A program made the translations under genes and the position numbers. The notes beneath the pieces were generated by a model. That model did no database searches, had not been told where the DNA came from, and worked only from the letters and a program-made list of their open reading frames with translations. Below, piece after piece: positions 27,201 through 43,140 of a stretch of 64,000 nt of DNA. The stretch is from Eledone cirrhosa (taxonomy: Eukaryota): contig OZ024742.1 in NCBI GenBank assembly GCA_964016885.1, positions 377,890,001-377,954,000 of the forward strand, given 5' to 3'. The stretch's first letter is position 1, and every line of letters begins with the position of its first letter.

Positions 27201-29723
27201 CATAATTCTACTTCTTTCACTTGTTAAACTATCTCTACAGAAGACTAAAACATATTTCTACTTCTGTCACTTGTTAAACTATCTCTACAGAAGACTAGAA
27301 CATAATTCTACTACTCTCACTTGTTAAACTATCTCTACAGAAGACTAGAACATAATTCCACTTCTGTAACTTGTTAAACTATCTCTACAGAATACTAGAA
27401 TTTATTTCTACTTCTGTCACATGATAAACTATCTCTACAGAAGACTAGAACATATTTCTACTTCTGTCACTTGTTAAACTATCTCTACAGAAGACTAGAA
27501 CATAATTCCACTTCTGTAACTTGTTAAACTATCTCTACAGAATACTAGAACTTATTTCTACTTCTGTCACATGATAAACTATCTCTACAGAAGACTTGAA
27601 CATATTTCTACTTCTGTCACTTGTTAAACTATCTCTACAGAAGATTAGAACATAGAACATATTTCTGCTTCTGTCACTTGTTAAACTATCTCTACAGAAG
27701 ACTAGAACATAGAACATATTTCTACTTCTGTCACTTGTTAAACTATCTCTACAGAAGACTAAAACATATTTCTACTTCTGTCCTTTGTTAAACTATCTCT
27801 ACAGAAGACTAGAACATATTTCTACTTTTGTCACTTGTTAAACTATCTCTACAAAAGACTAGAACATATTTCTACTTCTGTCACTTGTTAAACTATCTCT
27901 ACAGAAGACTAGAACGTAGAACATATTTCTACTTCTGTCACTTGTTAAACTATCTCTACATAAGACTAAATCATATTACTACTTCTGTCACTTGTTAAAC
28001 TATCTCTACAGAAGACTAGAACATAATTCTACTTCTGTCACTTGTTAAACTATCTCTACAGAAGACTAGAACATAATTCTACTTCTGTCACTTGTTAAAC
28101 TATCTCTACAGAAGACTAGAACATAATTCTACTTCTGTCACATGTTAAACAATCTCTACAGAAGACTAGAACATATTTCTACTTCTGTCACTTGTTAAAC
28201 TATCTCTACAGAAGACTAGAACATAATTCTACTTCTGTCACATGTTAAACTATCTCTGCAGAAGACTAGAACATATTTCTACTCCTGTCACTCGTTAAAC
28301 TATCTCTACAGAACACTAGAAAATAATTCTACTTCTTTCACATGTTAAACTATCTCTACAGAAGACTAGAACATAATTCTACTTCTTTCACATTTTAAAC
28401 CATCTCTACAGAAGACTAGAACATATTTCTACTATTGTCACTTGTTAACTTATCTCTACAGAAGAGCTAGAACATAATTCTACTTCTGTCACATGGTAAA
28501 CTATCTCTGCAGAAGACTAGAACATATTTCTACTCCTGTCACTCGTTAAACTATCTCTACAGAACACTAGAAAATAATTCTACTTCTTTCACATGTTAAA
28601 CTATCTCTACAGAAGACTAGAACATAATTCTACTTCTTTCACATGTTAAACTATCTCTACAGAAGACTAGAACATAATTCTACTTCTGTCACATGTTAAA
28701 CTATCTCTACAGAAGACTAGAACATATTTCTACTTCTGTCACTTGTTAAACTATCTCTACAGAAGACTAGAACATATTTCTAAATCTGTCACTTGTTAAA
28801 CTATCTCTACAGAAGACTAGAACATATTTCTACTTCTGTCACTTGTTAAACTATCTCTACAGAAGACTAGAACGTAGAACATATTTCTACTTCTGTCACT
28901 TGTTAAACTATCTCTACAGAAGACTAAATCATATTTCTACTTCTGTCACTTGTTAAACTATCTCTACAGAAGACAAAACATAATTCTACTACTTTCACTT
29001 GTTAAACTATCTCTACAGAAGACTAGAACAGAATTCTACTTCTTTCACTTGTTAAACTATCTCTACAGAAGACTAGAACATAATTCTACTTCTGTCACTT
29101 GTTAAACTATCTCTACAGAAGACTAGAACATAATTCTACTTCTTTCACTTGTTAAACTATCTCTACAGAAGACTAGAACATAGAACATATTTCTACTTCT
29201 GTCACTTGTTAAACTATCTCTACAGAAGACTAAAACATATTTCTACTTCTGTCACTTGTTAAACTATCTCTACAGAAGACTAGAACATAATTCTACTACT
29301 CTCACTTGTTAAACTATCTCTACAGAAGACTAGAACATAATTCCACTTCTGTAACTTGTTAAACTATCTCTACAGAAGACTAGAACATATTACTACTTCT
29401 GTCACTTGTTAAACTATCTCTACAGAAGACTAGAACATAATTCTTCTTCTGTCACTTGTTAAACTATCTCTACAGAAGACTAGAACATAATTCTACTTCT
29501 TTCACTTGTTAAACTATCTCTACAGAAGACTAGAACATAATTCTACTTCTTTCACTTGTTAATCTATCTCTACAGAAGACTAGAACATAATTCTACTTCT
29601 GTCACTTGTTAAACTATCTCTACAGAAGACTAGAACTAATTTCTACTTCTGTCAGTTGTTAAACTATCACTAAAGAAGACTTGAACATATTTCTACTTCT
29701 GTCACTTGTTAAACTATCTCTAC

Positions 29724-32700
29724 AGAAGACTAGAACATATTTCTACTTCTGTCACTTGTTAAACTATCTCTACAGAAGACTAGAACGTAGAACATATTTC
29801 TACTTCTGTCACTTGTTAAACTATCTCTACAGAAGACTAAATCATATTTCTACTTCTGTCACTTGTTAAACTATCTCTACAGAAGACAAAACATAATTCT
29901 ACTACTTTCACTTGTTAAACTATCTCTACAGAAGACTAGAACAGAATTCTACTTCTTTCACTTGTTAAACTATCTCTACAGAAGACTAGAACATAATTCT
30001 ACTTCTGTCACTTGTTAAACTATCTCTACAGAAGACTAGAACATAATTCTACTTCTTTCACTTGTTAAACTATCTCTACAGAAGACTAGAACATAGAACA
30101 TATTTCTACCTCTGTCACTTGTTAAACTATCTCTACAGAAGACTAAAACATATTTCTACTTCTGTCACTTGTTAAACTATCTCTACAGAAGGCTAGAACA
30201 TAATTCTACTACTCTCACTTGTTAAACTATCTCTACAGAAGACTAGAACATAATTCCACTTCTGTAACTTGTTAAACTATCTCTACAGAATACTAGAACT
30301 TATTTCTACTTCTGTCACATGATAAACTATCTCTACAGAAGACTAGAACATATTTCTACTTCTGTCACTTGTTAAACTATCTCTACAGAAGACTAGAACA
30401 TATTTCTACTTCTGTCACTTGTTAAACTATCTCTACAGAAGACTAGAACATAATTCTTCTTCTGTCACTTGTTAAACTATCTCTACAGAAGACTAGAACA
30501 TATTTCTAAATCTGTCACTTGTTAAACTATCTCTACAGAAGACTAGAACATATTTCTACTTCTGTCACTTGTTAAACTATCTCTACAGAAGACTAGAACG
30601 TAGAACATATTTCTACTTCTGTCACTTGTTAAACTATCTCTACAGAAGACTAAATCATATTTCTACTTCTGTCACTTGTTAAACTATCTCTACAGAAGAC
30701 AAAACATAATTCTACTACTTTCACTTGTTAAACTATCTCTACAGAAGACTAGAACAGAATTCTACTTCTTTCACTTGTTAAACTATCTCTACAGAAGACT
30801 AGAACATAATTCTACTTCTGTCACTTGTTAAACTATCTCTACAGAAGACTAGAACATAATTCTACTTCTTTCACTTGTTAAACTATCTCTACAGAAGACT
30901 AGAACATAGAACATATTTCTACTTCTGTCACTTGTTAAACTATCTCTACAGAAGACTAAAACATATTTCTACTTCTGTCACTTGTTAAACTATCTCTACA
31001 GAAGACTAGAACATAATTCTACTACTCTCACTTGTTAAACTATCTCTACAGAAGACTAGAACATAATTCCACTTCTGTAACTTGGTAAACTATCTCTACA
31101 GAAGACTAGAACATATTTCTACTTCTGTCACTTGTTAAACTATCTCTACAGAAGACTAGAACATAATTCTTCTTCTGTCACTTGTTAAACTATCTCTACA
31201 GAAGACTAGAACATAATTCTACTTCTTTCACTTGTTAAACTATCTCTACAGAAGACTAGAACATAATTCTACTTCTTTCACTTGTTAATCTATCTCTACA
31301 GAAGACTAGAACATAATTCTACTTCTGTCACTTGTTAAACTATCTCTACAGAAGACTAGAACTAATTTCTACTTCTGTCAGTTGTTAAACTATCACTAAA
31401 GAAGACTTGAACATATTTCTACTTCTGTCACTTGTTAAACTATCTCTACAGAAGACTAGAACATAGAACATATTTCTGCTTCTGTCACTTGTTAAAGTAT
31501 CTCTACAGAAGACTAGAACATATTTCTACTTCTGTCACTTGTTAAACTATCTCTACAGAAGATTAGAACATAGAACATATTTCTGCTTCTGTCACTTGTT
31601 AAACTATCTCTACAGAAGACTAGAACATAGAACATATTTCTACTTCTGTCACTTGTTAAACTATCTCTACAGAAGACTAAAACATATTTCTACTTCTGTC
31701 ACTTGTTAAACTATCTCTACAGAAGACTAGAACATATTTCTACTTTTGTCACTTGTTAAACTATCTCTACAGAAGACTAGAACATATTTCTACTTCTGTC
31801 ACTTGTTAAACTATCTCTACAGAAGACTAGAACGTAGAACATATTTCTACTTCTGTCACTTGTTAAACTATCTCTACAGAAGACTAAATCATATTTCTAC
31901 TTCTGTCACTTGTTAAACTATCTCTACAGAAGACAAAACATAATTCTACTACTTTCACTTGTTAAACTATCTCTACAGAAGACTAGAACAGAATTCTACT
32001 TCTTTCACTTGTTAAACTATCACTACAGAATACTAGAACTTATTTCTACTTCTGTCACATGATAAACTATCTCTACAGAAGACTAGAACATATTTCTACT
32101 TCTGTCACTTGTTAAACTATCTCTACAGAAGACTAGAACATAATTCCACTTCTGTAACTTGTTAAACTATCTCTACAGAAGATTAGAACATAGAACATAT
32201 TTCTGCTTCTGTCACTTGTTAAACTATCTCTACAGAAGACTAGAACATAGAACATATTTCTACTTCTGTCACTTGTTAAACTATCTCTACAGAAGACTAA
32301 AACATATTTCTACTTCTGTCACTTGTTAAACTATCTCTACAGAAGACCAGAACATATTTCTAGTTTTGTCACTTGTTAAACTATCTCTACAGAAGACTAG
32401 AACATATTTCTACTTCTGTCACTTGTTAAACTATCTCTACAGAAGACTAGAACGTAGAACATATTTCTACTTCTGTCACTTGTTAAACTATCTCTACATA
32501 AGACTAAATAATATTACTACTTCTGTCACTTGTTAAACTATCTCTACAGAAGACTAGAACATAATTCTACTTCTTTCACTTGTTAAACTATCTCTACAGA
32601 AGACTAGAACATAATTCTACTTCTGTCACTTGTTAAACTATCTCTACAGAAGACTAGAACATAATTCTACTTCTGTCACATGTTAAACAATCTCTACAGA

Positions 32701-35700
32701 AGACTAGAACATATTTCTACTTCTGTCACTTGTTAAACTATCTCTACAGAAGACTAGAACATATTTCTACTTCTGTCACTTGTTAAACTATCTGTACAGA
32801 AGACTAGAACATAATTCTACTTCTGTCACTTGTTAAACTATCTCTACAGAAGACTAGAACATAATTCTACTTCTGTCACATGTTAAACTATCTCTGCAGA
32901 AGACTAGAACATATTTCTACTCCTGTCACTCGTTAAACTATCTCTACAGAACACTAGAAAATAATTCTACTTCTTTCACATGTTAAACTATCTCTACAGA
33001 ACACTAGAAAATAATTCTACTTCTTTCACATGTTAAACTATCTCTACAGAAGACTAGAACATAATTCTACTTCTGTCACTTGTTAAACTATCTCTACAGA
33101 AGACTAGAACATATTTCTACTATTGTCACATGTTACCCTATCTCTACAGAAGACTAGAACATAATTCTACTTCTGTCACATGTTAAACTATCTCTACAGA
33201 AGACTAGAACATATTTCTACTTCTGTCACTTGTTAAACTATCTCTACAGAAGACTAGAACATATTTCTAAATCTGTCACTTGTTAAACTATCTCTACAGA
33301 AGACTAGAACATATTTCTACTTCTGTCACTTGTTAAACTATCTCTACAGAAGACTAGAACGTAGAACATATTTCTACTTCTGTCACTTGTTAAACTATCT
33401 CTACAGAAGACTAAATCATATTTCTACTTCTGTCACTTGTTAAACTATCTCTACAGAAGACAAAACATAATTCTACTACTTTCACTTGTTAAACTATCTC
33501 TACAGAAGACTAGAACAGAATTCTACTTCTTTCACTTGTTAAACTATCTCTACAGAAGACTAGAACATAATTCTACTTCTGTCACTTGTTAAACTATCTC
33601 TACAGAAGACTAGAACATAATTCTACTTCTTTCACTTGTTAAACTATCTCTACAGAAGACTAGAACATAGAACATATTTCTACTTCTGTCACTTGTTAAA
33701 CTATCTCTACAGAAGACTAAAACATATTTCTACTTCTGTCACTTGTTAAACTATCTCTACAGAAGACTAGAACATAATTCTACTACTCTCACTTGTTAAA
33801 CTATCTCTACAGAAGACTAGAACATAATTCCACTTCTGTAACTTGTTAAACTATCTCTACAGAAGATTAGAACATATTTCTACTTCTGTCACTTGTTAAA
33901 CTATCTCTACAGAAGACTAGAACATAATTCTTCTTCTGTCACTTGTTAAACTATCTCTACAGAAGACTAGAACATAATTCTACTTCTTTCACTTGTTAAA
34001 CTATCTCTACAGAAGACTAGAACATAATTCTACTTCTTTCACTTGTTAATCTATCTCTACAGAAGACTAGAACATAATTCTACTTCTGTCACTTGTTAAA
34101 CTATCTCTACAGAAGACTAGAACTAATTTCTACTTCTGTCAGTTGTTAAACTATCACTAAAGAAGACTAGAACATATTTCTACTTCTGTCACTTGTTAAA
34201 CTATCTCTACAGAAGACTAGAACGTAGAACATATTTCTACTTCTGTCACTTGTTAAACTATCTCTACAGAAGACTAAATCATATTTCTACTTCTGTCACT
34301 TGTTAAACTATCTCTACAGAAGACAAAACATAATTCTACTACTTTCACTTGTTAAACTATCTCTACAGAAGACTAGAACAGAATTCTACTTCTTTCACTT
34401 GTTAAACTATCTCTACAGAAGACTAGAACATAATTCTACTTCTGTCACTTGTTAAACTATCTCTACAGAAGACTAGAACATAATTCTACTTCTTTCACTT
34501 GTTAAACTATCTCTACAGAAGACTAGAACATAGAACATATTTCTACTTCTGTCACTTGTTAAACTATCTCTACAGAAGACTAAAACATATTTCTACTTCT
34601 GTCACTTGTTAAACTATCTCTACAGAAGGCTAGAACATAATTCTACTACTCTCACTTGTTAAACTATCTCTACAGAAGACTAGAACATAATTCCACTTCT
34701 GTAACTTGTTAAACTATCTCTACAGAATACTAGAACTTATTTCTACTTCTGTCACATGATAAACTATCTCTACAGAAGACTAGAACATATTTCTACTTCT
34801 GTCACTTGTTAAACTATCTCTACAGAAGACTAGAACATATTTCTACTTCTGTCACTTGTTAAACTATCTCTACAGAAGACTAGAACATAATTCTTCTTCT
34901 GTCACTTGTTAAACTATCTCTACAGAAGACTAGAACATATTTCTAAATCTGTCACTTGTTAAACTATCTCTACAGAAGACTAGAACATATTTCTACTTCT
35001 GTCACTTGTTAAACTATCTCTACAGAAGACTAGAACGTAGAACATATTTCTACTTCTGTCACTTGTTAAACTATCTCTACAGAAGACTAAATCATATTTC
35101 TACTTCTGTCACTTGTTAAACTATCTCTACAGAAGACAAAACATAATTCTACTACTTTCACTTGTTAAACTATCTCTACAGAAGACTAGAACAGAATTCT
35201 ACTTCTTTCACTTGTTAAACTATCTCTACAGAAGACTAGAACATAATTCTACTTCTGTCACTTGTTAAACTATCTCTACAGAAGACTAGAACATAATTCT
35301 ACTTCTTTCACTTGTTAAACTATCTCTACAGAAGACTAGAACATAGAACATATTTCTACTTCTGTCACTTGTTAAACTATCTCTACAGAAGACTAAAACA
35401 TATTTCTACTTCTGTCACTTGTTAAACTATCTCTACAGAAGACTAGAACATAATTCTACTACTCTCACTTGTTAAACTATCTCTACAGAAGACTAGAACA
35501 TAATTCCACTTCTGTAACTTGGTAAACTATCTCTACAGAAGACTAGAACATATTTCTACTTCTGTCACTTGTTAAACTATCTCTACAGAAGACTAGAACA
35601 TAATTCTTCTTCTGTCACTTGTTAAACTATCTCTACAGAAGACTAGAACATAATTCTACTTCTTTCACTTGTTAAACTATCTCTACAGAAGACTAGAACA

Positions 35701-38700
35701 TAATTCTACTTCTTTCACTTGTTAATCTATCTCTACAGAAGACTAGAACATAATTCTACTTCTGTCACTTGTTAAACTATCTCTACAGAAGACTAGAACT
35801 AATTTCTACTTCTGTCAGTTGTTAAACTATCACTAAAGAAGACTTGAACATATTTCTACTTCTGTCACTTGTTAAACTATCTCTACAGAAGACTAGAACA
35901 TAGAACATATTTCTGCTTCTGTCACTTGTTAAAGTATCTCTACAGAAGACTAGAACATATTTCTACTTCTGTCACTTGTTAAACTATCTCTACAGAAGAT
36001 TAGAACATAGAACATATTTCTGCTTCTGTCACTTGTTAAACTATCTCTACAGAAGACTAGAACATAGAACATATTTCTACTTCTGTCACTTGTTAAACTA
36101 TCTCTACAGAAGACTAAAACATATTTCTACTTCTGTCACTTGTTAAACTATCTCTACAGAAGACTAGAACATATTTCTACTTTTGTCACTTGTTAAACTA
36201 TCTCTACAGAAGACTAGAACATATTTCTACTTCTGTCACTTGTTAAACTATCTCTACAGAAGACTAGAACGTAGAACATATTTCTACTTCTGTCACTTGT
36301 TAAACTATCTCTACAGAAGACTAAATCATATTTCTACTTCTGTCACTTGTTAAACTATCTCTACAGAAGACAAAACATAATTCTACTACTTTCACTTGTT
36401 AAACTATCTCTACAGAAGACTAGAACAGAATTCTACTTCTTTCACTTGTTAAACTATCTCTACAGAAGACTAGAACATAATTCTACTTCTGTCACTTGTT
36501 AAACTATCTCTACAGAAGACTAGAACATAATTCTACTTCTTTCACTTGTTAAACTATCTCTACAGAAGACTAGAACATAGAACATATTTCTACTTCTGTC
36601 ACTTGTTAAACTATCTCTACAGAAGACTAAAACATATTTCTACTTCTGTCACTTGTTAAACTATCTCTACAGAAGACTAGAACATAATCCTACTACTCTC
36701 ACTTGTTAAACTATCTCTACAGAAGACTAGAACATAATTCCACTTCTGTAACTTGTTAAACTATCTCTACAGAATACTAGAACTTATTTCTACTTCTGTC
36801 ACATGATAAACTATCTCTACAGAAGACTAGAACATATTTCTACTTCTGTCACTTGTTAAACTATCTCTACAGAAGACTAGAACATAATTCCACTTCTGTA
36901 ACTTGTTAAACTATCTCTACAGAAGATTAGAACATAGAACATATTTCTGCTTCTGTCACTTGTTAAACTATCTCTACAGAAGACTAGAACATAGAACATA
37001 TTTCTACTTCTGTCACTTGTTAAACTATCTCTACAGAAGACTAAAACATATTTCTACTTCTGTCACTTGTTAAACTATCTCTACAGAAGACTAGAACATA
37101 TTTCTAGTTTTGTCACTTGTTAAACTATCTCTACAGAAGACTAGAACATATTTCTACTTCTGTCACTTGTTAAACTATCTCTACAGAAGACTAGAACGTA
37201 GAACATATTTCTACTTCTGTCACTTGTTAAACTATCTCTACATAAGACTAAATAATATTACTACTTCTGTCACTTGTTAAACTATCTCTACAGAAGACTA
37301 GAACATAATTCTACTTCTTTCACTTGTTAAACTATCTCTACAGAAGACTAGAACATAATTCTACTTCTGTCACTTGTTAAACTATCTCTACAGAAGACTA
37401 GAACATAATTCTACTTCTGTCACATGTTAAACAATCTCTACAGAAGACTAGAACATATTTCTACTTCTGTCACTTGTTAAACTATCTCTACAGAAGACTA
37501 GAACATATTTCTACTTCTGTCACTTGTTAAACTATCTGTACAGAAGACTAGAACATAATTCTACTTCTGTCACTTGTTAAACTATCTCTACAGAAGACTA
37601 GAACATAATTCTACTTCTGTCACATGTTAAACTATCTCTGCAGAAGACTAGAACATATTTCTACTCCTGTCACTCGTTAAACTATCTCTACAGAACACTA
37701 GAAAATAATTCTACTTCTTTCACATGTTAAACTATCTCTACAGAACACTAGAAAATAATTCTACTTCTTTCACATGTTAAACTATCTCTACAGAAGACTA
37801 GAACATAATTCTACTTCTGTCACTTGTTAAACTATCTCTACAGAAGACTAGAACATATTTCTACTATTGTCACATGTTACCCTATCTCTACAGAAGACTA
37901 GAACATAATTCTACTTCTGTCACATGTTAAACTATCTCTACAGAAGACTAGAACATATTTCTACTTCTGTCACTTGTTAAACTATCTCTACAGAAGACTA
38001 GAACATATTTCTAAATCTGTCACTTGTTAAACTATCTCTACAGAAGACTAGAACATATTTCTACTTCTGTCACTTGTTAAACTATCTCTACAGAAGACTA
38101 GAACGTAGAACATATTTCTACTTCTGTCACTTGTTAAACTATCTCTACAGAAGACTAAATCATATTTCTACTTCTGTCACTTGTTAAACTATCTCTACAG
38201 AAGACAAAACATAATTCTACTACTTTCACTTGTTAAACTATCTCTACAGAAGACTAGAACAGAATTCTACTTCTTTCACTTGTTAAACTATCTCTACAGA
38301 AGACTAGAACATAATTCTACTTCTGTCACTTGTTAAACTATCTCTACAGAAGACTAGAACATAATTCTACTTCTTTCACTTGTTAAACTATCTCTACAGA
38401 AGACTAGAACATAGAACATATTTCTACTTCTGTCACTTGTTAAACTATCTCTACAGAAGACTAAAACATATTTCTACTTCTGTCACTTGTTAAACTATCT
38501 CTACAGAAGACTAGAACATAATTCTACTACTCTCACTTGTTAAACTATCTCTACAGAAGACTAGAACATAATTCCACTTCTGTAACTTGTTAAACTATCT
38601 CTACAGAAGATTAGAACATATTTCTACTTCTGTCACTTGTTAAACTATCTCTACAGAAGACTAGAACATAATTCTTCTTCTGTCACTTGTTAAACTATCT

Positions 38701-38912
38701 CTACAGAAGACTAGAACATAATTCTACTTCTTTCACTTGTTAAACTATCTCTACAGAAGACTAGAACATAATTCTACTTCTTTCACTTGTTAATCTATCT
38801 CTACAGAAGACTAGAACATAATTCTACTTCTGTCACTTGTTAAACTATCTCTACAGAAGACTAGAACTAATTTCTACTTCTGTCAGTTGTTAAACTATCA
38901 CTAAAGAAGACT
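29724..38912. repeat. Tandem duplication in domain B: 29724-34160 (4437 bp) and 34161-~38904 (4744 bp)
   Basis: GAATTC at 29944/34381 and 30757/35194 and GGTAAAC at 31084/35521 (+4437). After ~32020 the offset is +4744 (AGACTAAATA at 32501/37245; GAATTC at 33518/38262). Confidence 0.87.
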
Positions 38913-38932
38913 TGAACATATTTCTACTTCTG

Positions 38933-41900
38933 TCACTTGTTAAACTATCTCTACAGAAGACTAGAACATAGAACATATTTCTGCTTCTGTCACTTGTTAA
39001 AGTATCTCTACAGAAGACTAGAACATATTTCTACTTCTGTCACTTGTTAAACTATCTCTACAGAAGATTAGAACATAGAACATATTTCTGCTTCTGTCAC
39101 GTGTTAAACTATCTCTACAGAAGACTAGAACATAGAACATATTTCTACTTCTGTCACTTGTTAAACTATCTCTACAGAAGACTAAAACATATTTCTACTT
39201 CTGTCACTTGTTAAACTATCTCTACAGAAGACTAGAACATATTTCTACTTTTGTCACTTGTTAAACTATCTCTACAGAAGACTAGAACATATTTCTACTT
39301 CTGTCACTTGTTAAACTATCTCTACAGAAGACTAGAACGTAGAACATATTTCTACTTCTGTCACTTGTTAAACTATCTCTACAGAAGACTAAATCATATT
39401 TCTACTTCTGTCACTTGTTAAACTATCTCTACAGAAGACAAAACATAATTCTACTACTTTCACTTGTTAAACTATCTCTACAGAAGACTAGAACAGAATT
39501 CTACTTCTTTCACTTGTTAAACTATCTCTACAGAAGACTAGAACATAATTCTACTTCTGTCACTTGTTAAACTATCTCTACAGAAGACTAGAACATAATT
39601 CTACTTCTTTCACTTGTTAAACTATCTCTACAGAAGACTAGAACATAGAACATATTTCTACTTCTGTCACTTGTTAAACTATCTCTACAGAAGACTAGAA
39701 CATATTTCTACTTCTGTCACTTGTTAAACTATCTCTACAGAAGACTAGAACATAATTCCACTTCTGTAACTTGTTAAACTATCTCTACAGAATACTAGAA
39801 CTTATTTCTACTTCTGTCACATGATAAACTATCTCTACAGAAGACTTGAACATATTTCTACTTCTGTCACTTGTTAAACTATCTCTACAGAAGATTAGAA
39901 CATAGAACATATTTCTGCTTCTGTCACTTGTTAAACTATCTCTACAGAAGACTAGAACATAGAACATATTTCTACTTCTGTCACTTGTTAAACTATCTCT
40001 ACAGAAGACTAAAACATATTTCTACTTCTGTCACTTGTTAAACTATCTCTACAGAAGACTAGAACATATTTCTAGTTTTGTCACTTGTTAAACTATCTCT
40101 ACAGAAGACTAGAACATATTTCTACATCTGTCACTTGTTAAACTATCTCTACAGAAGACTAGAACATATTTCTACTTCTGTCACATGTTAAACTATCTCT
40201 ACAGAAGACTAGAACATATTTCTACTTCTGTCACTTGTTAAACTATCTGTACAGAAGACTAGAACATAATTCTACTTCTGTCACTTGTTAAACTATCTCT
40301 ACAGAAGACTAGAACATAATTCTACTTCTGTCACATGTTAAACTATCTCTGCAGAAGACTAGAACATATTTCTACTCCTGTCACTCGTTAAACTATCTCT
40401 ACAGAACACTAGAAAATAATTCTACTTCTTTCACATGTTAAACTATCTCTACAGAACACTAGAAAATAATTCTACTTCTTTCACATGTTAAACTATCTCT
40501 ACAGAAGACTAGAACATAATTCTACTTCTGTCACTTGTTAAACTATTTCTACAGATGGCTAGAACATAATTCTACTTCTTTCACATGTTAAACTATCTCT
40601 ACAGAAGACTAGAACATATTTCTACTATTGTCACATGTTACCCTATCTCTACAGAAGACTAGAACATAATTCTACTTCTGTCACATGTTAAACTATCTCT
40701 ACAGAAGACTAGAACATATTTCTACTTCTGTCACTTGTTAAACTATCTCTACAGAAGACTAGAACGTAGAACATATTTCTACTTCTGTCACTTGTTAAAC
40801 TATCTCTACAGAAGACTAAATCATATTTCTACTTCTGTCACTTGTTAAACTATCTCTACAGAAGACAAAACATAATTCTACTACTTTCACTTGTTAAACT
40901 ATCTCTACAGAAGACTAGAACAGAATTCTACTTCTTTCACTTGTTAAACTATCTCTACAGAAGACTAGAACATAGAACATATTTCTGCTTCTGTCACTTG
41001 TTAAAGTATCTCTACAGAAGACTAGAACATATTTCTACTTCTGTCACTTGTTAAACTATCTCTACAGAAGATTAGAACATAGAACATATTTCTGCTTCTG
41101 TCACGTGTTAAACTATCTCTACAGAAGACTAGAACATAGAACATATTTCTACTTCTGTCACTTGTTAAACTATCTCTACAGAAGACTAAAACATATTTCT
41201 ACTTCTGTCACTTGTTAAACTATCTCTACAGAAGACTAGAACATATTTCTACTTTTGTCACTTGTTAAACTATCTCTACAGAAGACTAGAACATATTTCT
41301 ACTTCTGTCACTTGTTAAACTATCTCTACAGAAGACTAGAACGTAGAACATATTTCTACTTCTGTCACTTGTTAAACTATCTCTACAGAAGACTAAATCA
41401 TATTTCTACTTCTGTCACTTGTTAAACTATCTCTACAGAAGACAAAACATAATTCTACTACTTTCACTTGTTAAACTATCTCTACAGAAGACTAGAACAG
41501 AATTCTACTTCTTTCACTTGTTAAACTATCTCTACAGAAGACTAGAACATAATTCTACTTCTGTCACTTGTTAAACTATCTCTACAGAAGACTAGAACAT
41601 AATTCTACTTCTTTCACTTGTTAAACTATCTCTACAGAAGACTAGAACATAGAACATATTTCTACTTCTGTCACTTGTTAAACTATCTCTACAGAAGACT
41701 AAAACATATTTCTACTTCTGTCACTTGTTAAACTATCTCTACAGAAGACTAGAACATAATTCTACTACTCTCACTTGTTAAACTATCTCTACAGAAGACT
41801 AGAACATAATTCCACTTCTGTAACTTGTTAAACTATCTCTACAGAATACTAGAACTTATTTCTACTTCTGTCACATGATAAACTATCTCTACAGAAGACT

Positions 41901-43140
41901 AGAACATATTTCTACTTCTGTCACTTGTTAAACTATCTCTACAGAAGACTAGAACATAATTCCACTTCTGTAACTTGTTAAACTATCTCTACAGAATACT
42001 AGAACTTATTTCTACTTCTGTCACATGATAAACTATCTCTACAGAAGACTTGAACATATTTCTACTTCTGTCACTTGTTAAACTATCTCTACAGAAGATT
42101 AGAACATAGAACATATTTCTGCTTCTGTCACTTGTTAAACTATCTCTACAGAAGACTAGAACATAGAACATATTTCTACTTCTGTCACTTGTTAAACTAT
42201 CTCTACAGAAGACTAAAACATATTTCTACTTCTGTCACTTGTTAAACTATCTCTACAGAAGACTAGAACATATTTCTAGTTTTGTCACTTGTTAAACTAT
42301 CTCTACAGAAGACTAGAACATATTTCTACATCTGTCACTTGTTAAACTATCTCTACAGAAGACTAGAACATATTTCTACTTCTGTCACATGTTAAACTAT
42401 CTCTACAGAAGACTAGAACATATTTCTACTTCTGTCACTTGTTAAACTATCTGTACAGAAGACTAGAACATAATTCTACTTCTGTCACTTGTTAAACTAT
42501 CTCTACAGAAGACTAGAACATAATTCTACTTCTGTCACATGTTAAACTATCTCTGCAGAAGACTAGAACATATTTCTACTCCTGTCACTCGTTAAACTAT
42601 CTCTACAGAACACTAGAAAATAATTCTACTTCTTTCACATGTTAAACTATCTCTACAGAACACTAGAAAATAATTCTACTTCTTTCACATGTTAAACTAT
42701 CTCTACAGAAGACTAGAACATAATTCTACTTCTGTCACTTGTTAAACTATCTCTACAGAAGGCTAGAACATAATTCTACTTCTTTCACATGTTAAACTAT
42801 CTCTACAGAAGACTAGAACATATTTCTACTATTGTCACATGTTACCCTATCTCTACAGAAGACTAGAACATAATTCTACTTCTGTCACATGTTAAACTAT
42901 CTCTACAGAAGACTAGAACATATTTCTACTTCTGTCACTTGTTAAACTATCTCTACAGAAGACTAGAACGTAGAACATATTTCTACTTCTGTCACTTGTT
43001 AAACTATCTCTACAGAAGACTAAATCATATTTCTACTTCTGTCACTTGTTAAACTATCTCTACAGAAGACAAAACATAATTCTACTACTTTCACTTGTTA
43101 AACTATCTCTACAGAAGACTAGAACAGAATTCTACTTCTT
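38933..43140. repeat. Tandem duplication: 38933-40936 (2004 bp) and 40937-43140 (2204 bp)
   Basis: Rare CACGTG at 39098/41102 (+2004). GAATTC at 40923/43127 and identical ORFs at 39785/41989 (+2204, i.e. four extra monomers). Confidence 0.85.
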
